Shown here one piece after another: positions 17,216 through 27,675 of a DNA stretch of 64,000 nt. How positions within the stretch are numbered: position 1 is the stretch's first letter; every line of letters starts with the position of its first letter. Under the pieces are notes generated by a model, which ran no database searches, was not told the origin of the DNA, and worked only from the letters and a program-made list of their open reading frames with translations. Source of the DNA: Opitutaceae bacterium (lineage in GTDB: Bacteria > Verrucomicrobiota > Verrucomicrobiia > Opitutales > Coraliomargaritaceae). A program made the position numbers and the translations under genes. The stretch covers positions 256,001-320,000 of the forward strand of contig JBPOFY010000002.1 of assembly GCA_051252375.1 (NCBI GenBank), written 5' to 3'.

Positions 17216-20179
17216 CTAGTTCCCGAACACACTATTGAATAGATCCAGCCCCATTTCGATATCGTCACGGCGCTTTTCATCTTTGGTTTTCTCCACAGGC
17301 TGTGTCTGCGTCTGCGTCGCGGCATTCGGATCCACGGCTTGGGTCGGATTAGCGATCAAAGGATCAGCGGTGGGTGCGGCGGGTGCGGCGGGTGCCGGTG
17401 CGCTCTTCGGTTTTGCAAGAGCTGAACGTGCAGCCTTATTCAACAGGTCCATCAATTGATCTGAATTTGGCTTTGCGAGTGTGCCGGTCAGGTTGACGGC
17501 CTGATTCCAACGGCGGAAGCCATCTTCTGCGGTGGTCGGCTTTAACAATTGAAGCGTCTCAAGGTAGTTAGTGAGTCGCCCCTTCGCGCCCAATTCCAAA
17601 CCGAGCTGTAGAGGCTGGTTCAAAATCTCTTTATAACTGCTCGCAGCCACCATTCCAGAGCCATTGATCAATATGCTATCCCCGATAAACTTAATTTGTG
17701 GGATCATGATCCGCTTGTCGCCTCCGCGCTTCAATTCGAGGATGAAGTCGGAGAAGTGTATGTCCTTAAAGTAAGGAACTGCTTCAGCCAAAGCAGAGAT
17801 TCCTGGTCGATCAAATGCTTGCCCTAAAATACCTGCACCGAGTAGTCCCATCTGGCTACGATTATCCAACTCAAACGCGGTCAAAATACCATCCTTGCCC
17901 GTAATCGTTAAATCACCGACTCCATTATCCAGAGCCTGCTCTAGGGTAGCGCCCGCCCCGGACAATGCGAACTGACCATCGAAGAGACCTTGAATCGGAA
18001 AGCTGCCAGAGGCTTTCTTCGAAAAGATCGACGGATCGATCTGCTTGAACGCCAGATTAGCTAACACAGTATAGGCATTCGCCTGCGTCTTTGCATAGCG
18101 CACTTCACTGCTACCATTCAATGTGCCATCCACTAATTTTGCCGTGATCCCCTTCACCTGTAAAAGTGGCTCAGATACCAGTGCCTGTGCAGCTACCATA
18201 GTTATGAGTTGCCCCGAAGTCAGGATGACGCGATCGAACTGAATTGTGGCCTCACCTTTCACCGCCGACCAAGCTGGCGCGGCGGTAATTGTTTGCGCTG
18301 CTGGCTGACGAGTGCCGCCGCCAACTGAAGGTCTGATCGGCGCGCTTGGCGTCGGCGCAGTCACACTACCCGATTCGTGTGGCGAAAATGCAGCAAGCAA
18401 TAGATCGAGATCAGACTGCGTAATCTGCGGTCCTTTCAGATCTGCCTTAAATGCAAGTGGTTCGCTGGCCACATTGGCCTGCCCTGAGAATTGCAGACTT
18501 GTGCTGGGACGCTCGGCAATACCCGCCTCAAGGTTGGCACCAATCGCCCAAACGTTTAGCTGGGGTGTTTTCACTTGCGCGGCGAATCGATAGTCCTTCG
18601 TCCGACCGGGCTCAGAGCGAGGTCGTAAGCCACGTATGGATCCCTGCGCCTCCAAGGGAAATTCTTTTTTTCCATCGACCGCTAATTTAAGTGCTAAAGT
18701 GCCACCCAAGATCGAAGCTTTATCCTTTAACACCGGCAACTGAAACAGCTCTTGTAAACCAATGTTGAGGTCCGCCGAGACTTGCTGCCCCGCAAATGGA
18801 TTTCCAGGAACAGCAGCCTTTGGATCGGCACGCCCCTGGACTTCGCCACTGATGACTTCGCCGTAGCGGTCGCTCATTTTCAGAGTATTCAATTCATAAC
18901 TAATCGATTGATCAGCGTTTACCCGAATAACCGGGTTCATGGTGATGGTGAACTGATCCAACATCAATTGCTCCCCATATCGCACATTGATCGGTCCCAC
19001 TGTGAGCGGCGCGGCAGTGCGCACTTCCATCGCCCCATCTGGCATACCAGTGACCTTCACTTGCACACTCAAAGGCGCTCCCTCGACAAACATACCTTCT
19101 GGCATCCAAGGTCCAAGCCACGCCAAAGGAAGACTCGATAGTTGCAGGTCCAACAATTCACCACTCAAACTTTGTTTGCCTCCTAATGTCAGCGCCTGCT
19201 TGAGCTGCATATCAATAAGCTGACTGCCATTCGCCGCGACTGCCATCGCAGCTTTAGTCAAAGTCATACGCTCACCCTCAACACGTGCTGCGGCATCGCC
19301 GGACACCTTGAGCGCCCCCATTGTGGCCAGTTCAGGCATAAACATTTCAGGCCGTTGGATATCGGCTATAAATTGAACCTGCAGATCAGCAGTTTCCTCG
19401 AAACCATCAAAACTCAAGTCCAGCTTATTAGATATCGAAAGCAACTGACTGCCATTCGCATCCTTGCCAACTGTTTGCGAGTCAATGTGCACTTCCTCAA
19501 ACCCGCCAGTAGACTTTTGTTTAAAGCGCAACTGAGTCTTCGAATCAAATTCCTTCAAGCCAGATTGTATCGCCTCGCTGGATACAAGTGAAAGCGAAGC
19601 ATCCAAAACAGTCTCTACTCCCGGACGAATCAGCCCAGACTGCACATCGAAAACATAAGTCGAGCCGGTGCTATCTTTAAGCTTACCATTGAGCTTGATC
19701 GTTTCGATATCCAACAGCCAATCCAAGTTCCCAATCATGTTGATGGCGTCCCATGGGTTACCATCTGAAGAAGCAGGTGTCTCCGACTTGATTCTCGGCT
19801 CAGACTTAGTCGGCTCCGAGGTTGTGCCTGCTGATCCAGTGGATGTTGCTGCCACCTGAGCGGGCAAGTTAACGATCAAACCATCCACCTCCAAAACACC
19901 CATCTGAATGGTTTTATCAAACAACGCGGCCAATGGCGAAAATGTCGTATCCACTTCTGCGACCTTGATGCGCGTGCCATCCGGCATCGAGAGAACCAAC
20001 TCCGTTAATTGCAGCGTGCTGCTGGTCACATGCACATATTTAACCGAACTGCCCTCCGGCAATTTGCGCTCGATCATTTTCTTCTGAAAGCCTGCATTCG
20101 TGACGACAAAATAGCCACCCACCAGCAAAACGAGCACTAGGATACAAAAAAAGAGAAATAAACGTAGAAATGTCTTCAT
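17216..20179 (-). CDS. AsmA-like bridge-type envelope protein
   Basis: N-terminal membrane anchor, long beta-rich body, AsmA-like C-terminal LTGTLAKP; 987 aa. Confidence 0.6.
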   Translation of the reverse strand: MKTFLRLFLFFCILVLVLLVGGYFVVTNAGFQKKMIERKLPEGSSVKYVHVTSSTLQLTELVLSMPDGTRIKVAEVDTTFSPLAALFDKTIQMGVLEVDGLIVNLPAQVAATSTGSAGTTSEPTKSEPRIKSETPASSDGNPWDAINMIGNLDWLLDIETIKLNGKLKDSTGSTYVFDVQSGLIRPGVETVLDASLSLVSSEAIQSGLKEFDSKTQLRFKQKSTGGFEEVHIDSQTVGKDANGSQLLSISNKLDLSFDGFEETADLQVQFIADIQRPEMFMPELATMGALKVSGDAAARVEGERMTLTKAAMAVAANGSQLIDMQLKQALTLGGKQSLSGELLDLQLSSLPLAWLGPWMPEGMFVEGAPLSVQVKVTGMPDGAMEVRTAAPLTVGPINVRYGEQLMLDQFTITMNPVIRVNADQSISYELNTLKMSDRYGEVISGEVQGRADPKAAVPGNPFAGQQVSADLNIGLQELFQLPVLKDKASILGGTLALKLAVDGKKEFPLEAQGSIRGLRPRSEPGRTKDYRFAAQVKTPQLNVWAIGANLEAGIAERPSTSLQFSGQANVASEPLAFKADLKGPQITQSDLDLLLAAFSPHESGSVTAPTPSAPIRPSVGGGTRQPAAQTITAAPAWSAVKGEATIQFDRVILTSGQLITMVAAQALVSEPLLQVKGITAKLVDGTLNGSSEVRYAKTQANAYTVLANLAFKQIDPSIFSKKASGSFPIQGLFDGQFALSGAGATLEQALDNGVGDLTITGKDGILTAFELDNRSQMGLLGAGILGQAFDRPGISALAEAVPYFKDIHFSDFILELKRGGDKRIMIPQIKFIGDSILINGSGMVAASSYKEILNQPLQLGLELGAKGRLTNYLETLQLLKPTTAEDGFRRWNQAVNLTGTLAKPNSDQLMDLLNKAARSALAKPKSAPAPAAPAAPTADPLIANPTQAVDPNAATQTQTQPVEKTKDEKRRDDIEMGLDLFNSVFGN

Positions 20180-20322
20180 AAGAGAAAATTAGGAATAGTG
20201 TTATTACGGTATAAGAAAGGGTGCAGTCCGCAAGGTTCCTCATTTGGAATTATACCGAATCAATTAGATTTTCACGGATAACGCAGGTGCCTGCGCACTA
20301 TTTAAAGGAGGAATCACTCTAA

Positions 20323-20420
20323 AGGTAGCGGCGGTCGTCCCGACCGCCATTGCATGTGATTCGCTCCGAGTCAGGTTGGACAGCTCAGACGTGTGGCGAT
20401 GGGGACCATCGCTGCTACCT
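20323..20420. repeat. GTAG-type REP doublet
   Basis: AGGTAGCGGCGGTCGTCCCGACCGCCA ... TGGCGATGGGGACCATCGCTGCTACCT inverted arms; resembles the 15036 element. Confidence 0.7.
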
Positions 20421-20494
20421 AATTGCATCAACATTTCAAGCAAAGACACCCTGCTTCAAGAATGCGCAACCAGCTGATAATTATGCGCTTAGAC

Positions 20495-20596
<102 letters not shown>

Positions 20597-20696
20597 AAGA
20601 TATACTTTTTTCTTTGCAGCAAGCGTAATTCGGCAAATCTGCAATTTACTTAATTCACTTATAACTAGCATTAGTTCTGCTTATCTATGGACTCTA

Positions 20697-20790
<94 letters not shown>

Positions 20791-20903
20791 TAAAGAACTA
20801 AAATGTATATAACACTTAGTGTGCCAACTCCTCAAAAGTTCCGTTTTTTTGGCATAAATCACTGGAGATTGCTACTCGCGAGCGTAGTATCGCGGTATAG
20901 AAA

Positions 20904-21269
20904 ATGAAATTTAGCAAAAGCACAGAAGACATGATTGCCGATTTTCGCGGTCTCCCTCACACGGTCACTGCCTCGTCACGCAAAGACCCGGCGACACTCG
21001 ACAGTCTTCTAGTCCTCTTACAGGAACAGTATAAATTAGAGAAGCCCACCCCGGAACGCACGCTAGTGGAAAACTGGGAAAAAGTCTTTGGGCCCAAACT
21101 CGCTGCCCGATGTCACCCAGTGCGTATTAAAGACGAACACACGCTCATCGTCTCAGTGACCAACCAAACACTGCGCTCTGAACTTCAATTTCAAAAACGT
21201 GCCGTCTTAAAGCGGATACATGGCTTAGAAAATTGCGGCGACATCAAAGACATCGTCATTCGCAGTTAA
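20904..21269 (+). CDS. dciA: DciA (DUF721) helicase-loader family protein
   Basis: W...G..LAARCHP.RI...LIVSV...RSELQF pattern. Confidence 0.75.
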   Translation: MKFSKSTEDMIADFRGLPHTVTASSRKDPATLDSLLVLLQEQYKLEKPTPERTLVENWEKVFGPKLAARCHPVRIKDEHTLIVSVTNQTLRSELQFQKRAVLKRIHGLENCGDIKDIVIRS

Positions 21270-21273
21270 TTCA

Positions 21274-21346
21274 GGTAGGGACGCCTGCCCTCAGGCGTCC
21301 GAGACAGCACGAAAGATCGGAATGCCTAGGAGCAGGCGGCCCAACC
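21274..21346. repeat. GTAG-type REP doublet between convergent genes
   Basis: GGTAGGGACGCCTGCCCTCAGGCGTCC ... GGAATGCCTAGGAGCAGGCGGCCCAACC. Confidence 0.6.
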
Positions 21347-21362
21347 AAATAGTCTTCATTCC

Positions 21363-22154
21363 CTACAAACCTTCCAGCGCCGCCGCCACATCGGCGTTAG
21401 ACAGTTCCATATACTCTCTGCAGAACTCTAGCATATCTTCGTGCATGGGAGCCGCGAAGGTGATCGGTCCTTCTGGAAATTCGAATACGTAACGATAGCA
21501 ATGCAGCGCCTGGCGCTTAATCGGCAAGGCTGCTTCTAGGCGATCGGTCCAACCGTTCTCGATAAACTCGATGTAGAGCGTTTCATCGGGACCGTATATT
21601 TTATCTCCCACCACCTTATAGTTCAGGTGTTCAGCATGCACCCGTATCTGATGCTTGCGCCCAGTCTCCGGGATTACGCGGCAGAGTGTGTATCCGTTTT
21701 TGGATACGATCGGCACAAAGTCCGTCACCGCGGTTTGCGAAGTGCGATCGTAACTGACTTCCGACTTCACAAACACTGGGCCTCCCTTTCGGCGAGCGAT
21801 CGGCTCATCGACATGCAACGTTTCGGAGAACTCACCTTCCAATAAAGCGAGATAATCCTTTTTCACGATACGCTGTTGAATCGCCATCTGAAATTTCCGA
21901 GCCACGGAGGGACGTTTAGCGAAAATAATGAGACCACTGGTTTCACGATCTAAGCGAGCGACCAAATGAATTTTATCCGCGCCAGTATGTTCTGCAACAA
22001 CACCGACTAGGCTCGACATCGGTCCGTTCTTGGATGGATGACAGACCAACCAACCGGGTTTATTGACGATCAGTAAGTTGTCATCTTCTTGCACAATCCA
22101 TTCAGGAAAGACGCTAGGGTCGACTAGGGGGGCTTCTTCGCCGTATGGATCCAT
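21363..22154 (-). CDS. RluA family RNA pseudouridine synthase
   Basis: VNKPGW, RLDRETSG, TGRKHQIRVH, VGDKIYG, QALH. Confidence 0.92.
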   Translation of the reverse strand: MDPYGEEAPLVDPSVFPEWIVQEDDNLLIVNKPGWLVCHPSKNGPMSSLVGVVAEHTGADKIHLVARLDRETSGLIIFAKRPSVARKFQMAIQQRIVKKDYLALLEGEFSETLHVDEPIARRKGGPVFVKSEVSYDRTSQTAVTDFVPIVSKNGYTLCRVIPETGRKHQIRVHAEHLNYKVVGDKIYGPDETLYIEFIENGWTDRLEAALPIKRQALHCYRYVFEFPEGPITFAAPMHEDMLEFCREYMELSNADVAAALEGL

Positions 22155-22984
22155 TAAGAATTTCCTTTATGTTGCTCCAAACGCAGTTTGCGCAGGATGA
22201 TGCCGCCAATCCGCGTGACGGCTACGATTGGGAATTTACTCCCAAAGAATGCGATGCATTTGTTTTTCCAACCCGTCACTGTGAATGACCGCCCCTTCGC
22301 TAATGCGCTGAGGGTATACTCAGCCACTTCGTCGGCAGTCATATCCAGCGTCGCATTTGCCCCACTGTTCATGGGCGGGGACTCAAAACCAGCTGATTTA
22401 TAGAAATTTGACCGCGTCGGACCCGGGCAAATAGCTAAAGCCCGCACGGACGTGCCCCGAAGGTCTTCATTCAGCGCCAAAGTCCAATTCAGAACAAAAG
22501 CTTTTGTGGCTCCGTAAGTCGCCAAAAATGGCGTGGGCTGAAAGGCCGAAGTGGAGGCAATATTCACAATCGCCCCGCCGCGTTCTAGCAGTTGAGGGAG
22601 TAATCGAGTCGTTAAATCCACCACCGCCCTAACATTTAAATCTATCATATTCAACTGCTTGCCAATATCCAGGTCCGGCATGCGACCGTAATCACCGTAT
22701 CCGCTATTATTAAAAAGGACCACTTCACCAGGTGGAGCTGCCTCGATAATACCCTGCAACTGCTCCGCAGCCACAGCCAGTGCACTCGCATCGGATAAAT
22801 CGACGCCAATATGATACCCATTTTTACCCAAAAAAACCTCAGGTTTCGACCGAGAAAGGTTGCATAGGCAGACATCAGGACTTACTATCTTAATTGCTTT
22901 GATAATTGAGCAGCCAATTCCTGATGAACCACCCGTAACAATGATTACGGACGCATGGTTTAAATATTCTGAGGGGGTTGGCAT
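22154..22984 (-). CDS. Short-chain dehydrogenase/reductase
   Basis: TGGSSGIG, NNSG, YGATK. Confidence 0.9.
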   Translation of the reverse strand: MPTPSEYLNHASVIIVTGGSSGIGCSIIKAIKIVSPDVCLCNLSRSKPEVFLGKNGYHIGVDLSDASALAVAAEQLQGIIEAAPPGEVVLFNNSGYGDYGRMPDLDIGKQLNMIDLNVRAVVDLTTRLLPQLLERGGAIVNIASTSAFQPTPFLATYGATKAFVLNWTLALNEDLRGTSVRALAICPGPTRSNFYKSAGFESPPMNSGANATLDMTADEVAEYTLSALAKGRSFTVTGWKNKCIAFFGSKFPIVAVTRIGGIILRKLRLEQHKGNS

Positions 22985-23062
22985 TTTTTATGTCCAGTTA
23001 TCTAAAAGCGGCGGTGTCAATCGACTCCGTTAAATGGAACCAATAACAAAAGGAAAAATAAT

Positions 23063-23428
23063 ATGAAGCAACATGATGTTATCATCTCAGGTTTGAACAT
23101 GGATCTCACCGAAGCGATGAAAAATATGGTTCATGACAAAGCAGAAAAACTCTTCGAGCACGAAGATCACATTATCCGTATGCGGGTAGAACTGGAATAC
23201 GACCAGCATCAAGCGTCGCACCAGAAAGAATTTATCGCCAAGGGTCAGCTCGAAGTCCGCGGCAACGACCATTTCGCCTCAGATGCGACCGGCGATATGT
23301 ATAAGTCGATCGACGGGATGATCCAGAAACTTGACCGAATGTTGCGGCGACGCCATCGATTGGCCAAGGTGAAGCGGAAAGACACTCACGCAGTGGAGAT
23401 TCCTTCTGAAATCCCGAAGGCCATGTAG
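23063..23428 (+). CDS. hpf: Ribosome hibernation factor (HPF/RaiA)
   Basis: ISG.N.DLT.A...K..KL, DMYKSID...KLDR.LRR. Confidence 0.88.
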   Translation: MKQHDVIISGLNMDLTEAMKNMVHDKAEKLFEHEDHIIRMRVELEYDQHQASHQKEFIAKGQLEVRGNDHFASDATGDMYKSIDGMIQKLDRMLRRRHRLAKVKRKDTHAVEIPSEIPKAM

Positions 23429-23450
23429 CTCTGTTTCAGAGACATTTTCC

Positions 23451-23488
23451 AAGCCCGACCCTCGTCTGAGAGTCGGGCTTGCTTTTTT
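23451..23488 (+). terminator. Rho-independent terminator after hpf
   Basis: AAGCCCGAC...GTCGGGCTT followed by T-run. Confidence 0.75.
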
Positions 23489-23514
23489 CTCAGTTTTGGC
23501 AAGCGTTTCGCACC

Positions 23515-23874
23515 ATGAATCCTTCCATCTACCACGTCCTTCACTTTATCGGCATCTTGATGCTTTTCATGGGCTACGGCGCCCTCCTCGGTCGCAGCAT
23601 GGCTGGCAGCGACGACGCCCGCGTCAAAAAGCTCGGCTCGATCACCAGCGGCATCGGCCTCTTGCTAATGATTATCGCCGGATTTGGCCTAGTCGCCAAG
23701 GTCTACGGTAACAGCTTTGAACCATGGATGATCGCGAAGGTCGTCATCTGGTTCGTGCTCGGCGGTCTGATCGCGCTAATAAATCGCAAGCCAGCCTTAG
23801 CAGTGGCACTCTGGTGGGGATTGATCGGCCTCGGAGCCGTCGCCGCGGTGATGGTTTACATCCGCCCGTTCTAA
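23515..23874 (+). CDS. Small 4-helix membrane protein (SirB2-like)
   Basis: YHVLHF...GLLLM...G...W...K pattern; ATG at 23515. Confidence 0.6.
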   Translation: MNPSIYHVLHFIGILMLFMGYGALLGRSMAGSDDARVKKLGSITSGIGLLLMIIAGFGLVAKVYGNSFEPWMIAKVVIWFVLGGLIALINRKPALAVALWWGLIGLGAVAAVMVYIRPF

Positions 23875-23894
23875 ACGCGGAACAGATACAGGCA

Positions 23895-23999
23895 GGGAAC
23901 GTTCAACATCGAACGTCCAACATCGAATATTGAAGTCCAGACTTACGTATCAATTCAGCATTCAAAGTTGGACGTGGAATGTTCGATGTTCAATGTCCC
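23895..23999. repeat. Inverted heptamer-repeat element (AACATCG/AACGTCC type)
   Basis: Tandem 7-mers on the left and their complements on the right; related copy at 33919. Confidence 0.7.
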
Positions 24000-24245
24000 C
24001 TACTCCTCTTCGTCCGTGCCGTATTTCTCCAGCGTGTAAACGAAAAGGTCTTCCACTTTTTTGCGGGCCCATGGTGTGCGACGCAAAAACTTGAGACTGG
24101 ATTTTACCGTCGGTTCAAACATGAAGCAGCGAATCTCGATACGCGCCGCCAGTTCTTCCCAACCATAATAGTCGGAAAGGCTGATCATGATTTGCTCTAG
24201 AGTATATCCGTGAAGCGGATTGTTGGGCTGTTTTTCAACTGGCAT
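24000..24245 (-). CDS. VF530/DUF2132 family DNA-binding protein
   Basis: [33 protein letters not shown]. Confidence 0.9.
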   Translation of the reverse strand: MPVEKQPNNPLHGYTLEQIMISLSDYYGWEELAARIEIRCFMFEPTVKSSLKFLRRTPWARKKVEDLFVYTLEKYGTDEEE

Positions 24246-24251
24246 CGTTTT

Positions 24252-25625
24252 CTAAACTCCGGCGATATCTTTAAAGATCTGCTCGAAAGCGGTGATCGCG
24301 TTATCCATTAAGCCCAAATCAAAGCCTTCGTCGGGAGCATGCAGATTATCAATTGGCGTAAACAAACCGACCATCAGAGCTTCGAGACCAGCGCGTTTAT
24401 TGAAATCCGCAATCACGGGAATACTTCCCCCCTCACGCAAATAAATCGGCGCATTGCCGAAAGAAGCTTCGATCGCCTTGTCGGCAGATTTGAATGCCCT
24501 AGCCAATGACTCTGGCTGATCAGCTGGTGTATTCGGGCGCTCTGGCGGAATCGCCAAATAAGCCGCCGCTATACCGCCATCTCGAAAACTGATTGTGACG
24601 CCATCAGGGCAACGCTCGCGGATCGTTTCATAAAGTTGCTTTTGGATTTTTTCGGGATCCTGATTCGCCACTAATCGACAAGTGATCTTCACGAAAGCTT
24701 CACTCGGGATGACAGTCTTCGAGCCAGTGCCTTGGTAACCACCGCCAATACCGTTGAACTCAAGCGTGGGACCGAAACGCACTGCCTCCAAAGGCGACAG
24801 ACCATTTGCTGGGTAAAATGCCGGCACATCCAACATCGCTTGATAACTTTCAGCCGTCTCTGGATAGCGCTTCAACTCTTCACGCTCCCATTCGAGAACT
24901 GGCAGCACATCGTCGTAAAATCCGGGCACATTCACACTTCCGTCAGCATTGTGCAAAGACGCGCAAATCTCAGTCAATGCGAGGATCGGATTATAGACCG
25001 CACCACCATGTATACCGGAGTGCAGGTCGGATTTGGCGCCTCGCAATTTGATTTCAAAATCAACCAAACCACGCAAAGCAGTAGTGATGACGATCTGTTC
25101 GGTGTTCGGACTCCCAGTATCGGACACCAAAATAAAATCGGCCTTAGAAAGACGCTCGGCATGGCTATCGAAAAACGCGGGCATGCTTTCGCTGCCGATC
25201 TCTTCTTCGCCCTCGATCACGTAAGTAATATTCAGAGGCAAATCCGGGTTCTCTGCCAAGACACGTGAAAGCGCCGTCATGTGCACGATCGTCGGGCCTT
25301 TGTTATCCGCCGCACCTCGTCCATAAATACGACCATCGCGCACATCCGGCTCAAATGGCTCAGTGGTCCACAAATGAAACGGATCTGCAGGTTGCACATC
25401 ATAGTGACCGTAAATCACAATATGCGGCCATGCGGGATCGCCGAAACGCTCTGCATACAGTATGGGATGATGCTCGGTGGGCACTACTTCGACCGAAAAA
25501 CCGAGCTGCTCCAATAAACCTTGAGCATAATTACGGGCACCAACCATACCTTCGGCATAAGCGGGATCCGTGGAAACGGAAGGAAAACGAATATATTCTT
25601 TAAGGGCGTCGAGCGGATTGAGCAT
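24252..25625 (-). CDS. M20 family dipeptidase
   Basis: YGHYDVQP, GRGAADNKG, EGEEEIGS, DLHSG, GGSIP, HAPDE. Confidence 0.92.
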   Translation of the reverse strand: MLNPLDALKEYIRFPSVSTDPAYAEGMVGARNYAQGLLEQLGFSVEVVPTEHHPILYAERFGDPAWPHIVIYGHYDVQPADPFHLWTTEPFEPDVRDGRIYGRGAADNKGPTIVHMTALSRVLAENPDLPLNITYVIEGEEEIGSESMPAFFDSHAERLSKADFILVSDTGSPNTEQIVITTALRGLVDFEIKLRGAKSDLHSGIHGGAVYNPILALTEICASLHNADGSVNVPGFYDDVLPVLEWEREELKRYPETAESYQAMLDVPAFYPANGLSPLEAVRFGPTLEFNGIGGGYQGTGSKTVIPSEAFVKITCRLVANQDPEKIQKQLYETIRERCPDGVTISFRDGGIAAAYLAIPPERPNTPADQPESLARAFKSADKAIEASFGNAPIYLREGGSIPVIADFNKRAGLEALMVGLFTPIDNLHAPDEGFDLGLMDNAITAFEQIFKDIAGV

Positions 25626-25666
25626 ACAAAGTGAGTTATAATTAAAAAAATAAAGTGAGTAAACCG

Positions 25667-26449
25667 CTATCGGTTTTGATAAACCGCCATAGCCTTAGGC
25701 ATGAGCTCGTTTAACTTACGAATACGTGTGCTGCCGGATGGGTGCGTGGATATAAATTCAGGAACCGAACCACCACTCTGAGCATCCATACGCGACCAAA
25801 AACCTAGTGCTGCACGTGGGTCGTAGCCAGCCTTGGCTGCATAGATAAGCCCAATCTCATCGGCTTCACTTTCGTGGTAGCGACTATAAGGCAGCAGCAC
25901 ACCAACAGTGGTGCCTGCACCATAGGCAGCCATCAATAACTGACGGTCGCCGCTATCCATATCGGAAGTGCCAAACTGAAGCGCCAGTGCACCGCCAGCA
26001 GCAAGGAGCTGCTGCGAGACTCGCTCGTTGCCATGACCTGCGGCAACGTGCGCCACCTCATGCCCTATCACCACGGCTAGGTCCGCATCACTCTTGGCGA
26101 TTTTAAAGATACCAGTATAGACCGCTACTTTTCCACCTGGCATGGCAAAGGCATTGATCTGGCTATCGTCATCAAACACGACAAACTCCCACTGCGCATT
26201 CGGCATATCCGGCCCAGCGACATAAGCGATACGCTCCCCCACACGACGCACCATCGCATTATAGGTAGGGTCGCGTGAAATCGGAGTCTCCTGTTTAAGC
26301 TGCCCGAATTGAGCTGCCGACATCGACGCCAACTGGTCGGATGGCACTAGATGCAAGGCCGAACGACCGGTCTGCGGCACGGTATGACAACCCACACCAA
26401 GGAGGCTCAAACCTAGAAGAACTGCGGAAATAGCGGACTGAATTTTCAT
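25667..26449 (-). CDS. M48 metallopeptidase lipoprotein
   Basis: Lipobox VGC, NAFAMPGG, HEVAH, ESEAD, STHP. Confidence 0.92.
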   Translation of the reverse strand: MKIQSAISAVLLGLSLLGVGCHTVPQTGRSALHLVPSDQLASMSAAQFGQLKQETPISRDPTYNAMVRRVGERIAYVAGPDMPNAQWEFVVFDDDSQINAFAMPGGKVAVYTGIFKIAKSDADLAVVIGHEVAHVAAGHGNERVSQQLLAAGGALALQFGTSDMDSGDRQLLMAAYGAGTTVGVLLPYSRYHESEADEIGLIYAAKAGYDPRAALGFWSRMDAQSGGSVPEFISTHPSGSTRIRKLNELMPKAMAVYQNR

Positions 26450-26547
26450 AATTGCAAAATATGGGTATATCGACCGAGTAAATCAAACTAAGTTCATCAG
26501 TTTTCACAATTGACCCAAACCGAGGACAATTCACTACCCCACCACCC

Positions 26548-27672
26548 TCAACGCTTCAACAACAGCGCTGTGCTGAAACGACTGCTACCATAAGTCGTCA
26601 TCTTGGCAAAATCCTCTTTTGCGATCGGGATGTGCTGATAATCCAACTCGCTGACCATCACACGGTCTGTATCGGGATCGGGGTCATGGACATATATGCA
26701 AAGTTCATCGCAGGCAGTCACCACCACCCAATGCGGCGCTTTGTCGCCATTCATCCGATAACTACTGATCAATACCATGACCGCATGACCCGCCTTCAAC
26801 CATTTCTCAATTTTAGCCACGGAGACAGCCGAGCAGTGTATCTTAATCTTTGCCTGCCGGCTACGCTCGATGAACTGTTGGTGCACCACCGCTAGGATGT
26901 CTTTTTTGTGCTGCACACGCACACCATCGAGAAACAGAGTCGATGTCTGACTCATGTAAACCTCAACATTATAGCCACGTTGATGCGCAGAAAGTGCCAA
27001 GCCAAGAGGATGGCAACCGCCATGCCCTGATGTCATGTAAATCGTGGTAGCCTCGCGCCAAAGATCCAACTCAAGGTTCTGATTCAAGACTAAGCTGCGA
27101 TCAATTCCGGACATCGCCATCATCAATGAAGCGGGGCCGCAGGTAAATTGTGTGGTCTGCCGATACCACGGGATTTCTGCTTCTTTTCGCGTAGTATCGG
27201 GAAACCGTATACGTTTCTGCATACGAAGCGCATCAGTATGATCCTCATAGTAACCAGGCAACTCACCAAAGATTCCATATCCCAAGCTCGTATACAGAGA
27301 TATTGCTGCGAGGTTTTTCTTCGAGACCTCCAAGCGCATAAATAGACGCCCGTCCTTCATCGCTTGCGCCTCTAAAGAATCCATCAATAACCGCCCCAAG
27401 CCGCGACCGCGCATGGCTGGATTGAGCGCGATAGAATACAGCCGTGCCAGTCGTGTTCCTTTATGCAACAAGACCAGTCCATAACCAATCAACTGCCCCG
27501 CCGACTCGATCACTGAAAGTATACGGCCGTCGACCTTCAACCAGCGTTGAAACGAGCGACGGCTTAAGCGATCGCTTTCAAAGCACAGATTTTCCAGCTC
27601 TAACAGCGCCTCCAAATCCGCCGACCCAGCATCCCGAATCAACACTGGCTCATTCGATGTATTTTGCCTCAT
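26548..27672 (-). CDS. GNAT acetyltransferase fused to peptidase C39-like (DUF3335) domain
   Basis: RGRGLGR...LEV...N..AISLY; QTT.FTCGPA, WREATTI.MTSGHGGC, HWVV, HDPD. Confidence 0.88.
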   Translation of the reverse strand: MRQNTSNEPVLIRDAGSADLEALLELENLCFESDRLSRRSFQRWLKVDGRILSVIESAGQLIGYGLVLLHKGTRLARLYSIALNPAMRGRGLGRLLMDSLEAQAMKDGRLFMRLEVSKKNLAAISLYTSLGYGIFGELPGYYEDHTDALRMQKRIRFPDTTRKEAEIPWYRQTTQFTCGPASLMMAMSGIDRSLVLNQNLELDLWREATTIYMTSGHGGCHPLGLALSAHQRGYNVEVYMSQTSTLFLDGVRVQHKKDILAVVHQQFIERSRQAKIKIHCSAVSVAKIEKWLKAGHAVMVLISSYRMNGDKAPHWVVVTACDELCIYVHDPDPDTDRVMVSELDYQHIPIAKEDFAKMTTYGSSRFSTALLLKR

Positions 27673-27675
27673 TAC